NCBI GenBank assembly: GCA_026025075.1
Contig: JAPEUI010000151.1
Location: forward strand, 1 to 35,203
DNA length: 35,203 bases
Source of the DNA: Vezdaea acicularis
Lineage: Eukaryota
Reading direction: 5' to 3'
The position numbers and the translations under genes are program-made. The notes beneath the pieces are model-generated. The model ran no database searches. It worked only from the letters and a program-made list of their open reading frames with translations, and had not been told where the DNA came from. Below, piece by piece: positions 1 through 11,703 of this stretch (position 1 is the stretch's first letter; every line of letters begins with the position of its first letter).

Positions 1-581
<581 letters not shown>

Positions 582-1720
582 ATTGAGTGATCAGGGTTGA
601 AGAAAGGAGAGTGAAGAGAGCTGGAAGTGAGGATACGCGGGGGAGGGAGGTAAACACGGAAAGACAGTCGTCGAAAAGCGCAGCTGAAAGGGACGGCGAT
701 GGCTTATGAGGAGCGGCGCTCCGGCACGGCACTAATCCGAGGCAAAATCCCAATCTAGCCGTCGATCAGCCGAACCTAGGAAGCCTTCTCTCCCGTTGAC
801 CAATGGAGATATGCGCGTCAGAATGCCTTGCAGCGGTGCTGAAGTTGTGTCTGGGTACAATCTCTTTTCATCGGAAGCACTTTGCAAACCCCTCGCGGTG
901 CACGTACTCGAGATTGTGGCATTCGAGATATGTCTTTGGGATCGCGTGCCTTGCGCAACTGAGTTGAAGCCCCCTGCGACGAGAAATTGGCTGGCCAATA
1001 AGAGCCGAGGCATTACTTATTCCAGTCGGACGACTTTCCTTAGCGCAGCCTCCAACCGAATCTGGACATCAAACTCTCCGCGCCTGCCAAGCCCATGCTC
1101 CCCCATCTGGAGCTTCGCGAATCCTCTTAATGGTAGAGAGGAGTGAGGTAGTTGCGATATTGAAAGCTTACGCTAAGATAGGCGTAATGGCATTCAGCCC
1201 ATCAGTTCCTTTGGCTCTTCGTTTTGATGGGCTTCACCCAAACCTACATCTTCATGCTCTCAATCCCATGTCTTATGAAATGCCCTGCACCTCCATGTTC
1301 CTGAGCATTGTCCATTCTAAAGAACCGGACCCCTGACACAAAAATAAAGGTCCTTGCAGAAGCTTGCTCTGAAGGTTCGATCCAGCTCCACGAGGAACTG
1401 TCCGTTAGGAAATGATCGACCCAAAGCCGGCGTTGTGCCAGAGTCTACCTTAATGGAACACCAAGTAGAAGGCCACGCATGGCCACCACCGAATAGGGAA
1501 GGAGCGTGCTCGGTCATGGGGGCAGCTCGCTTCCCTGCTATAAGGCCAGTACCTCAATGAAGAAGTTGCTACCCGAGAGTTCAATTCTGCTATCTCATGG
1601 CTAGACTCGTGTGTCGAATCTGGGTCCTTCATTCTCATCTCTGCTCTTTCGTGTGTCGAAAGCTTAATGTTTGTACAACGAGCCTCTGGCATCATAGTTG
1701 ACAATGAGCGTCCGCCATAG

Positions 1721-3268
1721 GAAGAGAAGTCTCCTCTCGGTTTTTCACAGTGGAAAGGCAAAATTTAGTGGAACGGCTGGCCGAAAAGGCTCAAACTGTG
1801 AGCTTGAGCTTGGCATGCTATGGACCCAGACGAGTCTGCTGACGATTTTGCAGCTTATGGGAGGATCAGATCAGAACAGGACTCTGACGAATCTGACCCA
1901 AGTCCGAGCCCCAAGCCAGGTGTAGACGACACTGACGAAGTGCTTGTGGCTGATACGTCCATGAGCAATATTACTGGTTCTCCAGATAGCCAAGCATCAA
2001 AGGCTATCAAGAAACCAATCCTCCGCACTCGTGGCAAGACTGCTCCACCATTGAAAGCCAACGAGAACATAAAGCATAGTGGCGAATCGCAACTTGCCGA
2101 CAAGAATATGCCTCGGCTTCGACGTAGTAAGGAGTTACTCTCAAAGCTTAAAGGCGTCTTTGTCGATCCGTCGAGTGAGGAACAACCGCCCTTGAAGCAT
2201 TCTAGGTCTGATCTGCAAACTCTTTTCACTGATGGCAACGAAGCAGTTGCCACAGGTAGTGGCATCCAGGGACTGCAATCCGTTAGCCCTAAGAATGGAA
2301 ACGTGACAAACCCTAAGCCGAGGACCTCAAGTAATCCAAGAAGATCTCTTTGTAGCACACCTATCTATGATAGCATGAGGTCATCTCCAAGTGGTAGCAG
2401 CTTTGGGAACCCTTTTGTGGACGGACACGAGGCAAGAGAACCATCTTCAACGGACGAGTCCTTGTTTGATTTTGAGTTTGATACCGATCTTTCAAAAGAC
2501 CAGCAGGCCATGCTCCTCTCTCCAAATAAAAATACAGATGACAACGCTAGTTCAATCTACAGTAGGAAATCTCCACTTGGTGACAAACCAGAAGCAAAGA
2601 CAAGGCTAGCAAAGCCTCCTGTCTTCGTTGATCTACCGGCGCAATATAGTAGCCTCTTTTCATCAAGCCCCGTCGCCGAGTCTACACCAAGGGTCAGACT
2701 TGAGCCTCGGTTTGAACCATCCGGAAGGAGACAATTACGGAGTGTGTCTGCCACAGAGCCCTCAATATTTGGAGACCGAGCCATCGAGACGCGGCCCGAG
2801 ACACGGCCTGATTCACAAAATAAGGTCATGGCCAGCAGGGGGTGGTTTCCTAAGCAACCCACTCTTCAGCCCGAGCTCGATGAAGACATTGGCGTCGGCG
2901 TTAAAATCAAGGCTCTTGCGCCAAAAGACCCAAATATAGAAACAAAGTCTATGAGGTCTCTACGCAAGAGGCCAAGTCTTGCTAAAGGTGTCGATAAGAT
3001 TTTTAACACGTTGAAGAAAGCACCACCAGAGCCAGAAGTTCCGCCGCTCCCACCAATGAAGCCTCGTTACCACAACAAGAAAGGCGGTGCTACCCCACCC
3101 TTAGGATTCTCTGCACCTCCTCGAACGTCCTCGGCGAGAAACAAAGCACACGCCTCTCAGGCGTATGATGGCATCACTGGACCGTATGACGACGAAGGGA
3201 GTAAGGATCCACTACATCTGGACTTGCCGTTCTACCAGGCTGGAAATACTAAGGGGCAATTGAGATAG
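1721..3268 (+). CDS. Hypothetical Ser/Pro/Lys-rich, probably disordered protein; 5' end unresolved
   Basis: 482-codon open frame 1820-3268. A likely intron 1798-1853 (GTGAGC..GCTGAC..CAG) joins it in phase to an upstream exon (RKRSLLSVFHSGKAKFSGTAGRKGSN), itself preceded by a TAG acceptor at 1718-1720. No recognisable domain. Confidence 0.7.
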
Positions 3269-3577
3269 GCTTGACCCAAAGTCAGATGGACTATGGGCTG
3301 CCTGTTAAAGAGTCTACGCTCTTCGGCTTGCTCAGGCTATGTTATTGCGGCTGAACAGCAAAGCTATCTGGCTGCGGTTTATTCATATCTTCCATTTTGC
3401 GACCCATGGCGTGTTTTAAAGCAATTGAACTCATGTGTGGTTCGCTCATTTTAGCAGACATCTTAGTACTTTCTTATGTAAATGAGATTATTGCTGGTAG
3501 CTAAAGGTTAGCTATATTTAATACTATTTATATGGCTTTCTACATCTGCCCATTGAGCTCCTACGGTCGACGGCCGG

Positions 3578-3805
3578 TCAGTACCGATAACGTGAAGGTG
3601 AGTATTCGCACTGACGGCAGATCACTGTCTGCTTTCTGACGTTCCTGTGCGGGCATTCGACAAGAGTTGGATCAAAGGTGCCATATTCTCGCCTTGAAGG
3701 GTAATTAACAGCTTGCATCCTACGAATCCAAGATCTGCAAGGACCACCCAGCAGTACCTGGCTCCGCCCGCAATAACGGCATTGCTCGCGGATAGCATTG
3801 CACAT
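3578..3805 (-). CDS. Small Cys-rich, putative Zn-binding protein (75 aa)
   Basis: MC start with A at -3 (CAAC ATG); pattern C-x6-CxxC..C..CxH..CxxC; lies in otherwise AT-rich intergenic DNA. Confidence 0.5.
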   Translation of the reverse strand: MCNAIREQCRYCGRSQVLLGGPCRSWIRRMQAVNYPSRREYGTFDPTLVECPHRNVRKQTVICRQCEYSPSRYRY

Positions 3806-4602
3806 GTTGCTGCTCTGAGCACGGAAGTTTCTTAGACTAACGGTTTCAGGGGTTTATAATTAAGGGGGCACTCTGGGGAAAGGAGTGCTGAAGAATAAGG
3901 AAGATGAGACTCTGAGCTTACGGATATTTAACGTTTAGAAGACCTTATGAATACAATGATTGAAGCATTTGCATGATGATTCAGAAGGTATTTTTAGTTG
4001 GCGACGGGAATCGAATGTGTCCGTCATAGTGCTCATTCACAGAATAGTCATCAACGGACCTCGTATCGAGGATAGTGAGAGTCATCTTTGACTTTGGTCG
4101 CACTCTGAGCGTGACAAGCACCCGTCCCAAGCAGATTCTACTACACCCGTGGGTGAATTGGAAGAAGAAAAGAGAATCAAAAAGCGCACATAGCTGAGGT
4201 GGGCGTAAATTGGCTTAGAGCAAGAGAAGGGCACTTGGATCCTGACGCCCGGGATAGTTCTTGCGTGGGAACAAAGGTGGGTCAATTTTCTCGCCATCCT
4301 TCCTAGTAACCTTGAAGGCATGCCCACTGCATCTCGTAGCTTCTCTCGGGCACAGTCTTTGACCTTTGGTAGAGAATTGGCGATATTTACGATGACTGAA
4401 AGTGAGTTCGTTTCACAGGCGAGATCCATTTCCGCCAATAAGAAGACGCGAGACAAACTTTACTAAGACGTTCTCGCGAATCGCACCCGAAGACATCACC
4501 ACTATTCACGATTCGCCATCAGCCGTTCCTTTCGTCTTTCCCTCTCTCCATCCTACTCTCCCCCCGCCCCTGGACCCCGTTCACGCGGAGCAACTCGCAA
4601 AG

Positions 4603-5479
4603 ATGTCTAGAGCATTAAGATCCACCGCCGCATTGGCTCTACGAGGTATGGAAATCCTACGACTGATGCAGGATCAGTACTGATTTAACAACTCTAGCGA
4701 AACCATCTACTGCCCTCCTTCCCCTCCGCGCCAGCCCGACAGCATTCATCTCAAGTTCAGCAGCAAAGCCAGCTACAGCCGTCTCGAAGTCGGCCGATAT
4801 CGGCAACTCAGGTCATTTGACTGCCACGGGCAAGGAGAGGAGGGAAGTGCTCCTACCGAGCCAGGAACCGAAGAAGGGTGCAATGCAATATGCCTTGTAT
4901 GTGCACCATTGACATAGACCTCCTTCTCGAAAATGTATAGCGGCAGTATGATACAGAAAGCTGATTGTAACGGGCAGGACAACTCTAGATCAAGTGGCAA
5001 ATTGGGCCCGTCAAAGCTCTCTCTGGCCTATGACATTCGGCCTTGCCTGCTGTGCAGTTGAAATGATGCACCTCTCAACACCTCGATACGACCAGGATCG
5101 TCTTGGAATAATCTTTCGTGCTTCGCCCCGTCAATCGGATGTCATGATTGTGGCTGGGACACTCACAAACAAGATGGCGCCGGCGCTGCGACAAGTCTAC
5201 GATCAGATGCCTGAGCCGAGATGGGTCATCAGTATGGGAAGTTGCGCGAATGGCGGAGGATACTATCACTACAGTTACTCAGTCACAAGAGGGTGTGATC
5301 GGATTGTGCCGGTCGATATCTACGTTCCTGGATGTGAGTAATGCCTGGCTTCAAATATTTTCTGGACATTACTGACCTCAAAAGGCCCGCCCACATCAGA
5401 GGCACTTATGTACGGCATCTTCCAACTGCAGAAAAAGATGCGTCATACCAAGATTACTCGGATGTGGTATAGGAAGTAG
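4603..5479 (+). CDS. NDUFS7: NADH:ubiquinone oxidoreductase 20 kDa PSST subunit (NDUFS7/NuoB homologue), mitochondrial
   Basis: Exons 4603-4645, 4698-4896, 4978-5333, 5385-5479. Motifs [43 protein letters not shown]; Arg-rich presequence-like N-terminus. Confidence 0.98.
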
Positions 5480-6373
5480 ACTCAATTTCCCGGTGATAGG
5501 CTATGGCGGCGTTTCTTGAGGGCATTCTGGCATTTTGCTGCACAATAGTTTATATGGCGTCGATCATTACAGAAGTTCAAAATCAAAGACGAGGCACATT
5601 ACTGGCTCCCACTTGCATGTTTGCCTCAATACTCTGATACCGACAATGCAACGGATATGGGCCATGATTCAGTATGTCCTTAGCAGCACGGACCAATAAG
5701 CATTAGCCGACTTGACTCACTTAGAATGTCTGCAATTCATGACAGCTACGAGATCAATTGTATGAGTTGATATAGCATGTCACCGATGGCCTGGTCGGAC
5801 CTTGTAAAATCTTCGGGATATAAATCTCGGCCGCTTTGCCGAAGTCGCTTAAATCCTCAAGCTCGCATTATCCTTAACGCCAGCCCGGCCTGGGCCACTT
5901 CTGATTGGCGATATTATTTCACGTTTCCGAGCAACAACACCTGGGGAAGCCATCGCCCTTAATTTCAAAGTGCCGCCCGCCACACGTGTGACCCAACCTT
6001 TTGCGTCTAATTAAGCTTGCACTAAGCCGCAACGGGCCAAGATGCAAGTCCGGGGTGTTGGGGGGCGGACCCTTACTTGCCGGAGTTGGAGGACGGGAGG
6101 CTGAATAAATCTCCCGCTCTTTCCCCCTTGGACTCCGGGGGCCTCTCTTCGTGTCACGCGTTTTACTTGTGCTTCATTGTCTCTCACTCACTTCGACTGT
6201 CTCTCCTTTAACCCATTGACTTCAACCTCTTAACCTTAAGGCTTTAATTCCTGTGAGCACTCCCCATCGGCAGAAGCACGGCCCAAGCCGTAACCAAAGC
6301 AGCAACTGACAACAAGCAGTAACAACTACCCTCTCCCTCTCCCAAACCACCAATCCCCACAATTCCAGCAACC

Positions 6374-6964
6374 ATGCGCGCCGCTTTCCTGATCTCAACC
6401 CTCATCGGCCTCGCCGCCGCCCAATCCTCCCTCACAACCCCAACCTCCTCCTCCCCCGGCGCCGCCAGCACCAGCAGCTGCCAGGCCCAGAACATTCTGG
6501 ACACGTGCCTCGCCACCACAAAAGCGATTGTCGCCGACTGCGCGCCGAACGACTACGCCTGCCTGTGCCAGAAATACACCGATGTCTTGACGTAAGCCCC
6601 TACCCTTTCCCCCACACCCCTTCTTCCATTTGTGCGCGTGATCGCTGGGCTTACCTGTCGCGTGTGCGGTTGTAGATGCTACAATAACTGTCCGAACGAT
6701 AGCGGCAAATTCGGTGTCGAGCAGACGAAGCTTTCGAACTGTAACGCCGCGTCCGCGTATAGTTCCATGTCCTCTACCACCAGCATGAGCGGCTCGTCTA
6801 CCACGATGAGCTCTACCACGACGAGTGCCTCCGTAAAGAGCTCCTCCAGCTCGGCGACGGCGGCGAGTGCGAGTGCGACACATTCTGGGGCTGCGGCGAA
6901 GGGTGGGGTTGGTGCTGGTGGTGTCTTGGTCGGGGTGGCGGCTGTAATGGGAGCGTTCTTGTAG
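6374..6964 (+). CDS. Secreted, GPI-anchored Ser/Thr-rich cell-wall protein with a small Cys-rich domain
   Basis: Exons 6374-6591 and 6676-6964. Signal peptide MRAAFLISTLIGLAAAQ; CQAQNILDTC..CAPNDYACLC..TCYNNCP; S/T stalk; hydrophobic C-terminus (GGVLVGVAAVMGAFL). Confidence 0.9.
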
Positions 6965-7548
6965 AAGATGCTGGTTGGTGGTATGCAGTGGGGGGGCATG
7001 GTGTTCCTGTAGCTCAGACGTAATCATTGCATCACTGGGGCTTTCGTTGCTTGTAACTAATGCATTAATCACAAAGCCTCATTAGCAATCATTGCTCCCA
7101 AGCTTTGCAGGAGCCATAGATCACCATCATCACTTAATCCAGCATAGAGATTTAATCAATATGTATTCTAAGCTTCTAAGCTTCTAGCTGAAACGCAGAG
7201 GTTTGTACAGACCACGAAGCGTGTCCTATAGACAAATTTGCGCGGTAAAGTATGTCCATTCATTCATCCATCCATTCATTCCAACCAAAGCCTCCAACCC
7301 TAAGCCGAGCCCCATTGGAGACGTATCGCAAAATTCTTCACTCTATGAGCATAAGTAAGCACTGCAAGCGAGCCAAATGCAGATGGTTGAAGTGCGAGAA
7401 GAAAATGCCGGGTATCGCCACGAAAAGGGAAAGATCCGCCGCCGCCATGTTGCGCCGTTCGCTGAACTAAACGCTGAGTATGATCTGAAAAAAAATGGAC
7501 CACCAATGGGTCAAGTCCGCCTGTCGGTGACATAAAGCAAAAGAGAGC

Positions 7549-10500
7549 CTAGAAGTGGTGTTCGGACTCGAGGTTCATGTTGTGGTCGTGGTCGTGAGGG
7601 TTTTCGTCTGGGCCTATATCCGAGCTTGCCATGTTGTTCTCGAATTGGTCCCAATCTTGAGCAGAGCCGTCGATTGCGGTCTCTTCAGCTCCAGAGGGGA
7701 AGCCGGAAGACGGACCGGCAGACATTCCTTCGGGGTAGAAGGGATACGCCTGGTTGAACGGGTACGAGTTGACATCTTCGTCCATGGGATGCATGTCTCG
7801 GGTATCCATCATAGAATTGAAGTTGTCATCTTCCACGTGAATCCCATTAGTGTGCTCACCGTTCATGAACAGCTTGACGCCGGCGGGAGCATCACTGGGC
7901 TTGTCGAAAAAGATACCGTTGGAGGCGTAGCTGTCGCCAGCAAGAGCAGGATCAATAGGGATTTCGACTTCGTGACTGCTGGCCGTGGCGGTCCTTGCGT
8001 TGGTCTCATCGTCAGAGATAGAGTCCTGCCCATTATAAGAATCTCCTTCACCTTGCCCGTTTTCCGTGTCGGTCTCGCCATCCTCGAAAGCATAGTCATC
8101 CCCAAAAAGCTCTTCCTGGTCCTTCAGCAGCTTCGCTTCCTTTGCTGCTTTCTCGAGCATCTTCTCTGCAACGTACGAATAGGAGGCATCCATCCCTGCT
8201 GGGCGCTTGATATCGTCATACTTCTTCACCCACGCTTTATTTGAGCGGGCGAAGTCGACCAGGCACTCCTTGGACCGGGGATCAGCAATCGACTTAGTGT
8301 AAGACCCCAAGATCGTCTCCTTAGGCATATGGGAATTTGATCCGTTTGACATGCAAGGGTTGCACGAACAGCAATCCTCGCACTTCGGACACACCCAGTC
8401 TGGGTCCTCCATGACAGCGTTTGGGTAAATCTCGAACGATCGCCACAAGACTCCATAACAGTATCGAACCTTGCAATCATCATCTGAGCACTTAGCCAAT
8501 TTATGGTCGAAATGCGGGACTTTGCAGATGTGGCAATTTGCGGCTCCTTTTAATTGTCTTGGAAGGCTTTGCCCATGTTCACCCCTCCTACGGTTGGTGC
8601 GTCGAGCCGAACCACCGCGTCTAGACGAAGAACTGTTCTCTTCAGTGAAGACATCTTTACGGTCAGGCTTTCTGCAGTCGTGCCAAGGTCGCACCTCCAT
8701 CTGGTCCTGGCAGATTTCCGCTAGGGTGTTGTATGAGAACCGCTTTCGCACTTCAGCGAGGGGCTGGGGTGACTGATCGGTAATGATGCCCTGAGCTAGT
8801 ATAATGCCTCGCCATTCTTCGTAATTCTGGGCTAACTCATCCCAGGTGAATTGTTCAACCCAGTCTAGCTGGGAGACACAACGACAGCTGCGGCCCATCG
8901 CATAGCACTCAAGACAAACATCGTAAGAATTCCCATCGGGGTCTTGCTTTTGGCAGGCAGCTCTCTTGCAAGTCAAGAAGCGGTTGAAGATATTCCCGTG
9001 ACAAAAGGAGCACACAACATTCCCATCAAAGGCCACTAACTCAATGGGTTTTCCATTGGGAGTTTCCGTAGGAAGCATCTCCGAGACAATGATTCCTGTG
9101 AACAACGAAAAGAGGCGTCTGAAGTCCTTAACCAGTTGCTGCACTCGAATATCTGTGGATGTTTGAGAAATTGGCTGCGAGCTATCGTCGGTCTCATCCA
9201 CAACTTGTAGCAGCGTCGCATATTTCTTGAGTGTGAAGTATACCATCGCCTTGTTCTTGTAGACCTCCTCACGACAGACAAGCCGAGCAGTCTTCAGAGC
9301 TTCATGCATGGCATACTCCAGACTCTCCACACTGGTTCGATTCCAAGCAGCTTTTATAGAGAGGGTCCCTCGGTTATAGACTTGATGAGGCGCGAGAGAC
9401 GGTACAAGAATGAAGTCGCCGACTTGTTGCTCAATTACGTATGTGGTAAATGGTGCATTCTCCCATTCCTCGATGCTGGCTTGGTAATTCTCCGTTTCTA
9501 TGTCCTGCTGGAGAATTGTGGTGAAATAAGCTGACACTAGCGCTCGATCTTTATTTTCTGTCATGAACCACACGGCGCTGCCTTTCCTGGAAACTTGCTT
9601 GGTCTCGCCTCTGTAGTTGATCGTCTTATCTCGAGAAGCAAATACCATCAGGTTGTGGCCAAGAGAGCCGTTCATTTCCTTGTGAGCGGGAGTATAAGTT
9701 CCTTCATGGCCAGCGTAGATCATGATATTGTCAGCTCGCATGTCGAACGGAAGGCTGCTCATGAGATCTCCAGCCGGGGCAATACCCTTAAGAGCTGGGT
9801 CAGGCTCCCTATCATCGGATCCATGGATGTCATTCATGGAATCCTTCTCGTCAACGCTCTCATTCCAATAGAACACGCTCGATGGAACACATCTCTTAAG
9901 ATCTTCTTGCCATTCCACTGGACAGTCAACGTCTTTCATGTAAACTCTAGGAGGACGAGCTGCATCTCCTCGCTGATATTTAGCCCATTGCTCCTGGAAA
10001 CTCGCTATACTCTTAAGATAGTCTTCCACGGTGTATGGCACGTAGTTGTTCTTGATGAGGTCTTTACACGATTCCTCTATGCAGGTTTAGTGAGTGACCA
10101 AAGACAAAGGAAGCTACAATGTTATGAGAGTACGTACCTTTTGCGCCATAGTTTTTAATGAGCCAGTCCGTCGTGTACAGGCTCAGGTCCAACTTTCGAT
10201 CCAACCCCTTGATGACCAAGGGTTTTCCTTCTAAGATGACGTGTTTTGTAACGTATTTGTCGAACGCATAAGGTCCCTTTCTTAGAAGCTCATCGATATC
10301 GATCGCCGGAACGGGCTCAAAGCGTTCGCTACGGTCGATCAGTTCCGCAATATTGAGATCAACGGGGATTGAAAATTTGTCGAGGTACTCCTTCATGGCT
10401 TCAGCCCATTGATCTTCAGGCACTAATTCTATCTCCTCTCTTGGCTCCTCCCCGAGTCCCTTTTCAGATTTTGCTCGATTTCTACCAGCTTTTTTCACAA

Positions 10501-10655
10501 TTGCCTTCTTTGGCCTTGAGCTTTCCGAGACGACTGCTGAAGTAGCTAGGGACAAAGGTTTAGTTCACTCCATCGGGTAAAAGATCTCTGCCGGAGTAAT
10601 CACCTGGAGCCTCAGCGCGGGGTTCCCTTGAGCTCGAACGATTTGGTTCACTGCT
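7549..10655 (-). CDS. JmjC-domain chromatin protein with Cys-rich fingers (zf-4CXXC_R1-like), resembling Neurospora DMM-1; start codon unresolved
   Basis: Exons ~10655-10604, 10545-10138, 10076-7549. JmjC signature YTPAHKE..LAPHQVYN (HxE..H); Cys clusters CSFC..C..CLEC..CRC and CHIC..C..C..C..CPKC..CCSCNPC; acidic tail. Confidence 0.85.
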
Positions 10656-10865
10656 ATACGCCCGGGCAATTAGAAGAGCTTATTTTGTGAAATTAATGAT
10701 CGAGGGTGGCAGGGCAATGAAAGAAACAAAAGCACGTGTGACGGTAATTCAAAAGAAGTGTTGAAAGTGTGGAAAGTTGCATTTTAAGCTGATCGATGGG
10801 GAACCGAGCTGGTGATTGGCCAAACATTTTTGAGCTTGGACTGAAGGTCAAAATGTTTCGCGTAT

Positions 10866-10963
10866 ACGCGTGAAAGACGGGAATTGATGGCTGACGTAAT
10901 GAACTCGCGTCGACGCTAACGTTAACAGGCAAAACGCTAATGTTCGTCTATAACGCTAATGTT
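10866..10963. promoter_or_regulatory. Putative promoter elements upstream of the JmjC gene: MCB-like ACGCGT and three ACGCTAAYGTT copies
   Basis: ACGCGT at 10866-10871; ACGCTAAYGTT starting at 10913, 10934 and 10953. Confidence 0.35.
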
Positions 10964-11051
10964 TTTCATCTTGGAAATTGAAAAGTTAACTTACATGAGC
11001 CTCAAGGCATCTTGGTCAGCCATGATGTGAATAGTACCTATGCTTCCCAAG

Positions 11052-11557
11052 CTAGAGCACTAAGCTGGAATGCATTGAACGTAAGTCTGCATTCCATTAT
11101 ATTTTGCAGGATCACTTACCTAGCTTCAAGGGTGAATCGTTTGGATAGAGGGATACCCCGACGGTATTGTAAATACTCGATCAGAAATAGCTATCGAGAG
11201 CAGTCAGTCAGAGACTCACTACGACTATATTGGTCTGAAATATCATAAGCTGCTCACCGGGTTCTCACTGTTGACGGTGGACAAACTTTGCTTTAGAGTC
11301 GTCGAGGAGCACCTCCGTCTCTGTGACACGAGAGTTAGTACGGTGACGGGTTCCAACGAGGAGGGAGAGGGCCCAGACAAGGAGCAGTTGGTATAAATCT
11401 TCTTGCGTGGGCTCCTCAAGCTTTGCTTAACCAGCTTTATATTGAGCAAGGCCTGCCGCGTGATTTGCAGTTGGTCTTCTTGCCGCACGGTGCTCACTTT
11501 ACGAGGCGAAGGTTTTCCGAGCCGCCTACTTTTTGTAGTGTGCTGTTGCCGTGGCAT
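11052..11557 (-). other. Unannotated spliced transcript; possible 68-aa basic microprotein or non-coding RNA
   Basis: Three ordered consensus introns: 11497-11321 (GTGAGC..TACTAAC..CAG), 11257-11191 (GTGAGC..CTGAC..TAG), 11119-11065 (GTAAGT..CAG). Phases are compatible from ATG 11557 to TAG 11052. Confidence 0.5.
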
Positions 11558-11703
11558 TTAGGGTTAGAGCCTCATCTTTTGACCCTAGCGGGAAAGCTCG
11601 CGGAGTGTAGCGCTTCTGATTGAGTTATGAACAGCTAAAGAACTAGGTTTCTTGTCAAAAGCTTGATTTACTTTACAAAAGTTTTTGCATCAGAAGATCT
11701 GCT

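Noticed and set aside
9333..9349. GGTTCGATTCC tRNA T-loop-like motif (also GGTTCGATCC at ~1374)
   Set aside because: No cloverleaf or acceptor stem; the first lies inside the JmjC CDS.
11558..11567. CTAACCCTAA (minus strand) as a telomerase RNA template; same idea at 26212-26221
   Set aside because: Filamentous-fungal telomerase RNAs are roughly 2 kb and there is too little room between the flanking genes; no supporting structure seen.
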